From: Zootoca vivipara
Taxonomy: Eukaryota
Direction: 5' to 3'
Length of the DNA stretch: 64,000 bases
Assembly: GCF_963506605.1 (NCBI RefSeq)
Contig: NC_083278.1
Location: forward strand, 68,696,001 to 68,760,000
The notes under the pieces were generated by a model. That model was not told the DNA's origin. It saw nothing but the letters and a program-made list of their open reading frames with translations, and made no database searches. Below, piece by piece: positions 52,530-64,000 of the stretch (positions are counted from its first letter, which is position 1; each line of letters starts with the position of its first letter). The position numbers and the translations under genes are program-made.

Positions 52530-53793
52530 TCAGAGCTCACCTTTTGGGCCTCAGCACCACTTAATATGAACTGAGTGTGAATATTAGCATGCATGCAATA
52601 TTTTGCTATGACTGTAAATTTCAGAGGAAGACCAGTAGTCGTGAGCAAGCTGTCTTTCAGCTATTCTCACTGAGCAACTCCTCATAAGCTTGCAAAGAAC
52701 CTAAGGTACTCACAAATGTAATACCAAAACCACAGATATATCATATTTGACAGTGGTCGGCATGCGGCATGCAATAGTATTTAATATAAGTTAGTAGATG
52801 ATAGTTGGCATATGATAGTATTTAGTATCTGACAGTACGGTATTTAATTAAATGCTGTGCTAAGGAAGGCCATATTTGCCAGTTGACAGCTTCAGAAATT
52901 TCATATTTGAAAGATGCAAAAACCAAAACAATCAAGCAATGCCACAAGTATCAAGTATTCAAATTCATTTGAATGCAAATTCAAAACGTACTTTGAAATC
53001 TCTTGAAGATTTGTGTACCAAAGTTAGAAAATCCAGCAATTTTCAAAAATTGGTAAATATTTATTTTGGTTCTGATACACAGACCATATGCAATATAGAT
53101 GAACATATTTTACATTACTGTCCAGTATGGCCAAAGACAAACATGTTTAGGTTCCACTTATTTCAGTGGGAAATATTAGTTCCTGTGCTGAAATCAGGGT
53201 AAGGTTTAATTATAGGTGGATTGTCCCTATGGAGAGTCATGTAATAACATTTAGAAATCCATATGGTAAACAATGAATGGTCTAAAAATATTATCTTCAA
53301 GTGTTTCCCTCCCTTTATACATCCAAAATAATTACTAACTGACCTTGCAGCATTAACCTAAACAACAACAAAAGTCATTTGATTTTCAGGCCAGATGTTG
53401 ATAGCCCCAAAACAGTCGCTGCAAGCTGGCGATCAAAAGCTTTTTTAAAATTGAGCACATCCCTTCGTGTCCTCATTGCTAGCCCATTATCAGTACTACA
53501 TTCCAATGGGAGAGTGAACTAGTCAAGAACTGTGCTTGGGGCAAAGCCAGTGTTGTGCACTCTACTGCACTAATTATAGAGTCTTGATGAGATCGTTAGA
53601 GGATAATAAAGGAAAATGAGAGCAGTTTGCAATATGTGTGGACAAATTAACTATGCTTTATATTTAATTAATTAATACTTCAATTTAAGAATTATTCTTA
53701 AATGCGGGGTGCAAAAATTCCAATTCTCCCCCCCCAAACTTTCACAGAATGTTAAGATTGAAAAAATGAAATAATTTATACTTTCATTTTTTA

Positions 53794-53794
<1 letters not shown>

Positions 53795-53848
<54 letters not shown>
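53795..53848. repeat. (AAT)n microsatellite
   Basis: About 18 perfect AAT units. Confidence 0.95.
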
Positions 53849-54176
53849 TACTTTTGAGTTAGCTTTAGTCTTCATTTGGTTTTATTGAATTTTAAGTTGT
53901 TTGCCACCCTGGGCACTCTTCAGGGAGGAAGAGTAGGATACAAATTAATTAAATCAATTATACAGCTTCCATGGTCTAAAACAAGTAGCATATGAAATAT
54001 TACATTAAAATCTATTTTCTCTCAAATATAAATCTCCCCTTCCTAAAGATAGGCTCGCTATGATGCTGTAAAGTGATATTAGCATAGAGAGATTGAGTAT
54101 GCTGCAAATTGGGACAAGCCTTTCCCACTAGTCCCTTTCTGCCTGTTCACCATGTCACAACTGACTCCATAGTGGC

Positions 54177-54177
<1 letters not shown>

Positions 54178-54226
<49 letters not shown>

Positions 54227-55430
54227 TTTTTATTTATACCCCGCCCTCCCCAGTCAAAAACCGGGCTCAGGGCGGCTGACACCAACAGAATTACAATAAA
54301 ACATAAAAACAATTAATTAAAATACAGATTAAAATACAGTATTAAAATTTAAAGCGCAGCCTCATTTCAAGTAGGCCATAAATCCAAGCCATGAGGGAGG
54401 AAAACACAGGGGTCAGGCTGAGTCTAACCCAAAGGCCAGGCAGAACAGCTCTGTCTTGCAGGCCCTGCGGAAAGATGACAAATCCCGCAGGGCCCTGGTC
54501 TCCTGGGAAAGAGCGTTCCACCAGGTTGGGGCCAGTACTGAAAAGGCCCTGGCTCTAGTAGAGGCCAATCTAGCCATCTTATGACTCGGGATCTCCAGAA
54601 TATTATTATTTGTGGACCTTAAGGTCCTCCGTGGGGCATACCAGGAGAGGCGGTCCCGTAGGTACGAGGGTCCCAAGTCGCATAGGGCTTTAAAGGTCAA
54701 AACCAGCACCTTAAACCTGATCCTGTACTCCACCGGGAGCCAGTGCAGCTGGTAAAGCACTGGATGAATGTGATCCCGCGGCCGGGACCCTGTAAGGAGC
54801 CTTGCCGCGGCATTCTGCACCCGCTGGAGTTTCTGGGTCAGCTTTAAGGGCAACCCTGCGTAGAGCGAGTTACAATAGTCAAGCCTGGAGGTGATCGTCA
54901 CATGGATCACTGTGGCCAGATCGGGGCGAGAGAGGTAAGGGACCAACTGCTTGATGCGGCGGAGATGGAAAAATGCCACCTTTGCTGTGGATGCAACCTG
55001 CGCCTCCATGGAAAGGGAGGCGTCAAAGGTTACACCCAAACTCTTGACAGAAGGCGCTGGTACCAATTGAGCCCCTGCAAAAGATGGGAGTTGGCCCCCC
55101 AACCCCATGTCGCCCCGACCTAGCCAGAGGACCTCTGTCTTCGAAGGATTTAGCTTCAGTCGGCTCCCACGTAGCCATCCAGCCACAGCTTCCAAGCACC
55201 TGGTGAGTGTGTCCGGGGCCGAGGCAGGGCAGCCATCCATCAACAGATAGATCTGGGTGTCATCAGCATATTGATGACAACCCAGCCCAAAACTCCGGAC
55301 AATCTGGGCAAGGGGGCGCATGAAGATATTAAAAAGCATTGGGGAAAGGATTGCGCCTTGCGGGACTCCACACACCAAGGGGTGCCGCGGCGACAACTCC
55401 CTCCCTAGCGCCACCCTCTGTCCCCGACCA
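54178..55430 (-). mobile_element. Young 5'-truncated L2-clade LINE with an uninterrupted RT/C-terminal frame (54413-55414)
   Basis: GVPQGAILSPMLF, YADDTQIY, LKLNPSKTEVL, SRLDYCNSL, LHWLP, WNAL; (TTA)n tail at 54178-54224; CpGs retained. Confidence 0.92.
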
Positions 55431-57093
55431 TTTGGGGTGGCCTACGAAGGAGTTGTAGCTAGATGTACTTCATAACAACCTGACTTTGTCCATTTATATG
55501 TGATGTTTTAACATGGATCATGGTCCCTCTGGTAATAAACATTCCTCTCTATAGATTGATGCTATTGGTATGACACCTTAATTTCACTTACAAAGCTGAC
55601 ACCATGGCACATTTATGGAGACATAGTGGACACTGCACCCCGCACTCTCTTTTATTTTCTTCTCACTGATGTGGAGGACTAGGCTTTTAAAGATAATCAA
55701 ATAACATCTACATTTAATGAATACTATGTGTCAACCAATGCATAAATTGACAGTGTAATTACTTTTGAATAGAATCTTTTTGAGCCTCTGTGCAGAAGTT
55801 CTTCACAGGCTGAAGCTGAAGCTTACTTTTCACTGGTGATGGAGAGATTGAACCAAGGAAAGTAAGCTAACTAGGTTACTGGAGGTCACATACTGAGCTA
55901 CCCACCACAAAACACTGAATTTTGGTATTCTTCTTGCTGGCAAATTGAAGAAACTTTTCAAAAAAACCACATCTTTATTGCCGTTTCCCCCCCCCAAACT
56001 ATATAAAAAAGGTTCAACTAAATTGCATGTCTGTGCTTGAGAAGTTCATGAAGAGCGTCAAGCAGCCTTGAGCTACAGTTATATGAGTTTTTCTGAAACT
56101 TCTGTATTTCATCTTATTCCTGTTTCATCTTATTTGGTTCTCCCTTCCCCTATTATCTGCTCTACTACATCAGAGCAATCAAAGTACAGAGTGATGCAAA
56201 CCACATTAGAGCGACAGCCCTTAAAAAAAGATTTTGGTTAATCTGACGTGGACAAATTTGGGATCTTCTCTAGATGGCATATTCCTACACTGCCACAAAC
56301 CTAGATGAGTGAAGGACATATCAGTCCTTGTTAGACACTATTGATACTCTGCTAGGATTAAATGGAATTTGGTAAAAGGGAGAACCTTTTGTGAAGTTTT
56401 GCATGGGTTATCCCCCAGTCCCTGACTCCATGCTTACAATTTTTATATTTTGTGGTTTGGAAGTTGCTCCTTGTTACTTTGCACACATTCAAGGACAAAC
56501 CTGAATTTAAAAGTCTTACCCACCCCATTCAGATTATACTTAGTCAAACTCTTTTCTTTGTTCACACAGAACACTAAAAATAATTTCTTATGCAAAAATA
56601 CCCTTCCTCTGCCCGCCAATCAGGAATGTCCATGTGGATAGGATGTATTGAACTGTAATGTATGTTTAACTCTTATTAAGACACTTTTTGAAGGAATACT
56701 GTGGTATAATGCTAAAGAGGCTAAAATGTATGACTCCTGTTCTTTGTTTATATTGTTACTTTATTCTGAAAACATATTGAAAATTACTTCATAAATCACT
56801 TTGTATCTCCAAATATCCAAATTTTCTCCCCATATATTAGATTGCCTGAGGGCAGTGGGGTAGGGGGAAGAGACTCCCAAAAAAATTCCCACAAAGTTAT
56901 ACCAAATTACAAATATGCAAAGATTCTTTTGGCTCATACTTTACAGTCATGGCTTCTGGAACCTTTGCAATAAGTTATTACTCCTGCTCAAGTATATTTC
57001 AGTTGAGCCATTTCAGAGCTGGCCTAGGGACTTGACAACCTCAAAAGTCACGTGAGGTTGCAGAGGTAGGACACGAGGGAGAAAGGTTTTAGC

Positions 57094-57205
57094 CAGTGCT
57101 ATTTTTCTAGAAAAAGAGGTGCTGGAACTCACCATGAACGCCTCTCTTCTTCTCTTATAATGGCTGTGGTGCCCACATGAGAGGTTTCAGCTGAAAAAAG
57201 TCCTG
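57094..57205. mobile_element. Small hAT-type MITE
   Basis: Same family as 13998; 7/8 TSD gttttagc/gttctagc. Confidence 0.7.
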
Positions 57206-57919
57206 GTTCTAGCATATATGTTCCCCTCATCTACTAGCTTTGTTCAAGCAAGGAGAATTTTATATTGAGGCACGTTCAAACAATCAATCTCAAATTCTTC
57301 CTGCAGTAGTACAATTTGTGCACAATTACAGCATATGTGACTTGCCCCTTAGTTACAGCTCAGGTACCAGCAGCAACAACAGCTGGCCAACCCCTTTGGG
57401 CTACAACATGATCACACTTCAGTACCATTTGTTAGTAAATTTAGAAATACACTGCCTATCTGAAATATATGCACAAAAATGGATGGGTGACAATTCTTTG
57501 TAGAGAAGAGAACAGGGTTGAAGAGTATTGAAATGCAATTTTGACCCAGAACCATAAATTTGAATTTTTGCCATTAACTCCAATTGGAATATGGTTTTCT
57601 CTCTTAGACTGAAGGGGAAAGGAAGAACTGAGAGTTGAATAGGAAAGTAAAAGTCTAGAAAAGCTCAAAAACTGCATTTATATAGGATATTTTAATACAA
57701 ATTTTTAAGACTGATTAAGTGAATTACGTAAATGGATCCATAAATGATGGAGGCAGGCTAGACGATCGCTTAAGCAGTATCAGAAGGTAACACCTTCCTC
57801 TCTTCATTCATCTAGTGATTAGTTGTGGTGCATGAGGCAGGCCATTGCACTGCCTTCATGGCTATAGCAGTGCTGTGCTTGCTAGGACCAAGATGAGGCA
57901 GGACAAGGGTGGAGGAAAT

Positions 57920-58210
57920 TTTTTATTCATTCATTCATACCCCACCTATCCAGCTGGGTTTTCCCAGCCACTCTGGGCAGCTCCCAACAGACTAAAAACA
58001 GAATAAAACATCAAACATTAAAAACTTCCCTAAACAGGGCTGCCTTCAGATGTCCTCTAAAAGTCAGGTAGTTGTTTATTTCCTTGACATCTGATGGGAG
58101 GGTGTTCCACAGGGCGAGTGCCACTACTGAGAAGGCCCTCTGCCTGGTTCCCCGTAACCTCAAGTCTCGCAGTGAGGGAACCACCAGAAGGCCCTCGGAG
58201 CTGGACCTCA
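57920..58210 (-). mobile_element. L2 3' end
   Basis: SSEGLLVVPSLRDLRLRGTRQRAFSVVALALWNTLPSDVKEINNYLTFRGHLKAALFREVF plus 3'UTR. Confidence 0.85.
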
Positions 58211-58980
58211 CGTTGGTGATGGTGACGTTCACAAGTATGCACACAAAAACCAAAGCACCACTACCAACCTAGTGCTCCACCCACCAGTCACTGATTTTAT
58301 GCACCACATCCTGGCCCTCCGAAGTGGCAGAGCCACAGCAGCTGGGAAGGCAGCACCCCAGCTCACATAACTCAACTAGGTTATAATGAAACATTTTTAG
58401 GAAACAGTTCTGGATCTTCTTCTGTACATGCTTAATCTGATTTAAACCCATAGTCTTCAAAATGGAGCCTTAAATTGTTGTTTTTTTTTACTAATGTCAA
58501 ATAAAGGGATGGCGTAAATTTACAGGAAACCCAACAAATATTCTTCAAGACTCGCATTCATAACAATTAATGGGATCATTATGCTTTTGCTTTTCTGTTA
58601 TGTTCAGGGTGTTGGGGAAAGGCATCAAGGACCCTACTCAGCAAAATAAGCAGGATGACCCCCAAACACAGCAGACTGGTTTCTTGCCTTGGGTAGAAAT
58701 ACACATTACTCTCTAAAGAGAGGGCAAGATCATTTTAGAGTCTAAAATTACATTATCTGACAAGTTGTGGGTAAATAAATTTGCTTCATATCAGTCATCC
58801 AGATGATGTGATACAGTTTTAATTCCGTTATTTCATTTGTTTTTGTTTTGTTTTGATTATGTATATTTGTCTTGGCATACCAAATGTCAATCCTAACAAA
58901 AAGTCAAGAACTCTGGAGATTCAGTGCTTTGCAATATAACTTAGAATCATAGTAGACTGCCCTCTGTAAAGCAGGGTATA

Positions 58981-59120
58981 TAGAATCATAGAATTGTAGA
59001 GCTGAAGGGGGTCATCTAGTCCAACTCCCTGCAATGCAGGAATCTTTTTGCCCAACGTGGGTCTTGAACCAACGACCTTGAGATTAAGTGTCTCATTCTG
59101 TACTGACTGAGCTATCCAGC
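58981..59120 (-). mobile_element. tRNA-Lys(CTT)-derived SINE with a CR1 tail (POM/P.s.1-type lacertid SINE)
   Basis: Minus strand gctggatagctcagtcagtacagaatgagacacttaatctcaaggtcgttggttcaagacccacgttgggc followed by CR1-like 3' end attctatgattcta. Confidence 0.8.
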
Positions 59121-59795
59121 TGTCATTCTTTTCTGTGTTCGGTCAACTTCCAAGATGAAAGTTCAAAAACCTATGCACTGTTATGCCTTGGTGCTCAAAA
59201 CCAATTCTTTGAAACTTGCCTTGTAACTGTTCAGTTACACAGGAGCAAACTTTCTTGTTCTTAACGTACAACATTCTTACAACAGCTTTTCTTTAACATC
59301 TCATTGGGATTTGTAGAGAAAATGTGTGGCAAAGTAGCTGATTATTCTTTACAACAAGAAATGTAAATAACCTTTTTCACAGCTGACCAAATTTGCTATA
59401 ATAGAAAAAAATGAACAAAAAATTCTTTCTGTAATTAATTTAGTAAATATCCTTTACATCCTCATCTGAAAAGCAAATGGTGAATTTGGCTACAGTGATT
59501 TAATATATTCCCCTTCCATGGTTTTCAACAAGTAAGTCAGTAACAAAAATAATAATACTGGTAGGTGCAGTTAATCACTAAAACCCTAGCTATGCTCATA
59601 AGAAAGCAATAAAATGGGATTAACAGGCAAAGAGAAGGCTTTCGATTGATGTTTAAAAGGGCCTTCACTGAATGGAACTTAACTTGTGAATAGACAATAT
59701 TGGAGAATCTTGACCACTAGAGGGGCATTACTGGATAATATACGTCTATTACAATTCTGTTTCTAGTTGATTATGGAAAGACAATACTCAGCAGT

Positions 59796-60374
59796 TGTCA
59801 TGGACTGGACGAAGAGGAATGGTGGGAGGAACCAGCTGGGGAACCACCAATGGAAGAAGGCTCAGAGCCCAGGATATCTTGGTGGGACAATGATAAGCAG
59901 TCAGAGGGAAAAGAGGGAGAAGACAGGGAAGAGGAAGTGTCAGAAGCTGAAGATGTAACAGGGTTTAGTGAGCTGGGAGAGTGTGTGGCAGACAGCAGTC
60001 AAGAATCAGAAGCTGAAGCAGGCAAGTGGGATGAGGGAAGCCAAGAGGCACAGATCAGTCATCAGACTGGTGAAGAGGCATGGGTTTCTCCCCCTCCTTC
60101 TGTGCCAAGCTACCCTGCCCCCCTTGTCTCCCAGAAGCAGAAGAGGAATGAAAGGGCAGAGGAGAGGTTGGCTGCACGCAGGCACAGTCTGATTGCTTGG
60201 AGAAAGCCCTGAGGCGGCAAAGACTTTCAGTCTTGGCAACTGATTTTCATAGAGGAACACCACCATGAATGAGCTGCTCTGTTCAACCAAGTCTTTGGAG
60301 GTTGCGTTTTTGCTAATAAAGAGTTGACTCCATCTTTGAATTGTGTGGTTTCTGACCGACAGGCTCCTGTGACA
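59796..60374 (+). mobile_element. Solo LTR (probably Gypsy-type)
   Basis: TGTCA...TGACA termini; perfect 5-bp TSD gcagt (59791-59795 and 60375-60379); AATAAA at 60315-60320. Confidence 0.85.
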
Positions 60375-61848
60375 GCAGTGTGGAAATCAGCAGGTCCTGT
60401 TTGAAAGGGTGGGTTTAAATCGTGTACCCACAGTGTGAACAGTTTTAGAGTAGAGTGTTTTCCACTCACTTTATGACCACCTTCGCAGAAAATGTTGGAT
60501 GAGTGCCTCTTTCAAATAGAGTATATTGTTTATACAGGAATATGAAAGTGCTGCTCACTTTTCTTCTTATCGTGGAAACAAAGCAGTTTTTTCTTCCACT
60601 AAAGTGACAGTGTGACTAGTGAAAGAATGAAGTAGTAATATTATTTTTTTTAAAGAAGCATATAGAAAAACACCAAGAGATAGCTTTAGCTGAAGCAGTC
60701 TTATGATAGATTTACTTACCGTTTAAAAGAATATAGTGGAATCAATGCATTCAAAAGTTCTCTTAACTCTATCAAAGTTAAATTACTCATGAAGCTCTGT
60801 CAGAGACAGTACCAACTTCATTACTGAGAACCTGAGGTGAGGCTGTACTGTATCAATAAATATTGAAAATCCATCTACCTCAAAGCTGACTCATTACATT
60901 CTAACAGTGCTTCTAATCCTTGGCCTATATTTGCCTTGGGATAAGTTTTCAAGTGTATATGAAAGTCTGGATAATTAATTTACCAGTGATGATGGGCATA
61001 CTCACTTGAGGAATAAGCAAGTGGCAACTTCACTTAGGAAAACAGAACATTGGAGCAAGAAGAGAAAGCAGAACTTTAGAGGGCTTTGCTAGTCATATAA
61101 GCTACAACTAGGATGGAGAAGAAATGTGATTTGGTTCACACTTTTTGAAATACAAGAACTGAAGCACAGCCATCCTTTCAAAATCACTCTTCTCCAAATT
61201 TAGCAGTGCAGTCCTACAGCCAAGTAATGTGAAACTTCATATATTACTGCATATAACATACAAAAATGCATAAATTAGAGAAACTTGCTTTGCAAAATGG
61301 TGTATATTAGGCAAAAGTGCATGCCAACCAATACATTAGGACAAAATAGCACTGAAATGCTTATAAATTTCCATGAGAACTTTAATTTAAAAGTAATGTG
61401 GAGAACTGAACTTAAGACTGAAAAATTAGAAATTGAGGGAAGCAGAAATTGATGGATTTGATTCCAACACTTTCCCTTTTTTGTTTTTATGTTTTCCTGA
61501 GGATCAAATTAAATGACCCACACAGCAGAATGGTAACAGTCTCCTGATGTTTTATTTTACTATGAAAAGCAGCAGTACAGGCTGTGAATTTGTTTGGCGC
61601 GACAGCAAAAGAGAAGCAGGGAATCTACATTTTTCCTGTGAGCCACTACATACATCTTTCGTCATCTATCTTTGTCCTACCTCACTGCAATAGATGAATA
61701 GGGAAATGGCTGAGATAATTTTGATTACAAGTACAAGGACACTGGGGCACTGGCTAATAACCATGGGCTTCACTGCAAAGTTTTTGCACTCTCTTTCTCA
61801 ACACTCCTCCCCCTAAAAAAAAACTATGGATGTTGTAATAAAAATAGG

Positions 61849-62421
61849 TGTCATGGATTATTATTTGTAAGTAAGGTAGAGCTCTTTATTCAGGCAAGTG
61901 ATTTTATATGATGGGCAGCAGAGGAGTCATGAAACAGGAATTCTGCATCAGGGTTAAAAGTTCAAAACTGGACAGAAGCAACAAAGCTGTCCCAACAAGT
62001 TTCCCTGCCCCTCCCACAAGCTTTTAAAGTCGAGGTGGAGTGTGCTATGTTTACTTGCGAGCCTCTCTTGCCTTACAGGACTAGTGAGACAGAAAGTGTG
62101 CATTCTTTCAGAATGGATGGCTCTGCACCCATCTGTGAAGATGGTGCCTTGTTCTAGGTAACAAGGCTCCAGCCTGCTGTTCAGACTCCTGTTCAGTTGC
62201 AGCTATCTCCTGTTCAGCTTCCTCCCTCAGCTGATCCAAACCATTCCCAGTCTCTACTGAGGCCCTCCAGTCCACAGAAAGTTAGGAGAGGAGAGCTAGC
62301 ACTCCTACCAAAGCAACTGAAGCCAGTTTGGAAGAAGATCCCTTACTTTCCAACCTAGGTTCCTACAATTCCTCAGCCTGGAGGAGGAGACAGCAAAACA
62401 TCCTGGGCTGGCCCTGCCACA
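61849..62421 (-). mobile_element. Possible decayed solo LTR
   Basis: Minus strand TGTGGCA...TGACA; TATA-like tttaaaag (~62021-62028) then AATAAA (61885-61890); no TSD found. Confidence 0.4.
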
Positions 62422-62799
62422 TCACTAACCATAGAGATGTTATGTTTTCCTTGTGATTTTCAGCAAGATGAATATTGACAGAGAAGTGTTAGAAAGCCTG
62501 AGTGAGGGACAGATAAGAAGGATTCCCCCATCTCTGCGTTATATGTGTATTAGAGCCATGAAAAATACTCAAAATGTTGGGATTTTTAAACAATAAATAT
62601 TTTAGCTATTTGTAAATTGCCATAGCAGCCACCTACCACGGTAATTATTTTGTGATTTCTATCTTATAATCATTTCAGGTTGATAAGGTTGAACGCAAGA
62701 GAGAGAAAACTAGTTTCTTTGCTTTCCAAATAACATTCATCACATGGTATATATCTGATTCTATTATATATGAAAGTATTATATATTCATGTGTGTAGG

Positions 62800-62801
<2 letters not shown>

Positions 62802-62851
<50 letters not shown>

Positions 62852-62860
62852 ACACACACA
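62802..62860. repeat. (TG)n followed by (CA)n microsatellite
   Basis: Direct observation. Confidence 0.95.
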
Positions 62861-62915
62861 AAATCAGTAAGGCTTTCCCTTATCAATATATTGTACCACC
62901 ATAGCATGTTAGCTA

Positions 62916-64000
62916 CCGTGTTTCCCCCTTTTTAAGACGTAGTCATAATATAAGACGTAGCAGGATTTTCAAGCATTTGAGAAATATAAGCCACACCCCG
63001 AAAATAAGCCATACCTAAGACGGCCCTGGATAGAGCTCCTGAGGGTGGCCAGCCTCGCTATCGCCACCTCCGCTACTGCTGCCACCCCGCACGCTCTTCG
63101 TCCCCCTGTTGTTGTTTTAGTTAGTTTCTCCCCGCTGCAGCGTCTCCCGGGTCCCGCATGCTGAAGCGCGGGCAGATAAAGGTTCGCTCCGCATAGGATC
63201 GGCCTGCCGCGGCTGCAGACCGGAGCACCGAGCCAGCGGCCTAGCCTCTTTCTCTTTTTTTGCCCAGCTGAGGAGGCCTGCAGCCCCGCCGCCGGAATCG
63301 GCGGCTGCAGGGCGGAGCGCTCCGCAGCGCCGAGCGCTGGGAGAGCCTTGCAGCGGGCGGAGCGCCGAGCCAACAGCCTGGCCTCTTCCTGCCCCAGCCG
63401 AGGTGGTCTGCCGCCCCGCCGTCAGAATCGGCGGCTGCAGAGCGGAGCGCTCCGCAGCGCCGAGTGCGCGGAGCGCCGAGCCAGCGGCCTGGCCTCTTCC
63501 TGGCCCGGCCGAGGAGACCTGCCGCCCCGCCATTGGAATCGGCGGCTGCAGGGCGGAGCGCTCCGCAGCGCCGAGCGCTCGGAGCGTCCTGCAGCGGGCG
63601 GAGCGCCGAGCCAGCGGCCTGGCCTCTTCCTGGCCCGGCCAAGGAGACCTGCCGCCCCGCCGCTGGAATCGGCGGCTGCAGGGCGGAGCGCTCCGCAGCG
63701 CCGAGCGCTCGGAGCGTCCTGCAGCGGGCGGAGCGCCGAGCCAACAGCCTGGCCTCTTCCTGCCCCAGCCGAGGTGGTCTGCCGCCCCGCCGTCAGAATC
63801 GGCGGCTGCAGAGCGGAGCGCTCCGCAGCGCCGAGTGCGCGGAGCGCTCCGCAGCGCCGAGTGCGCGGAGCGCCCTGCAGCTGGCGGAGCGCCGAGCCAG
63901 CGGCCTGGCCTCTTCCTGGCCCGGCCGAGGAGACCTGCCACCCCGCCATTGGAATCGGCGGCTGCAGGGCGGAGCGCTCTGCAGGGCGGAGCGCTCTGCA
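62916..64000. mobile_element. Left part of a non-autonomous Tc1/mariner (Tc2/pogo-like) element running off the window
   Basis: TA|ccgtgtttcccc...taagacgtag...ataagacgtag...ataagcc terminal pattern, similar to 18369-18812. Confidence 0.65.
63225..64000. repeat. CpG-rich minisatellite (111-156 bp units) with higher-order structure
   Basis: gccgagcc unit starts at 63364, 63475, 63605, 63735 and 63891. Confidence 0.9.

Noticed and set aside
59048-59120. tRNA-Lys-like sequence as a tRNA gene
   Set aside because: Degenerate stems and direct fusion to a CR1 tail show it is a SINE head
59711-59730. CTCF-like ccactagaggggca (similar cases at ~51546 and ~9597)
   Set aside because: Each departs from core spacing by one base; not supportable without ChIP data
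62969-63949. Long Arg/Ala/Gly-rich minus-strand ORFs (up to 274 aa)
   Set aside because: By-product of a stop-poor GC-rich tandem repeat; open in several frames with no domain

Overview
AT-rich vertebrate genomic DNA, almost certainly a squamate and most likely a lacertid lizard (Sauria SINEs, Bov-B, Squam2/Squam3-like SINEs, a tRNA-Lys/CR1 SINE). The window lies inside PACRG on the + strand. Two internal coding exons are present (26656-26827, 172 bp; 34205-34354, 150 bp); the rest is intron. The introns are dense with transposable elements: RTE-X, L2 and CR1 LINE pieces, Bov-B tails, SINEs, hAT and Tc1/mariner-type non-autonomous elements (many with readable target-site duplications, TSDs), and a solo LTR. 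Some TE-poor blocks look like conserved enhancers. I found no prokaryote-style or clearly novel multi-gene system. The most unusual signal is a solo LTR (59796-60374) whose first 417 nt form one open frame encoding an acidic/Trp-rich, then Pro/Ser, then basic peptide. A second, decayed LTR-like element 1.5 kb away may share this design. TE family names come from recognition by eye, not database searches.
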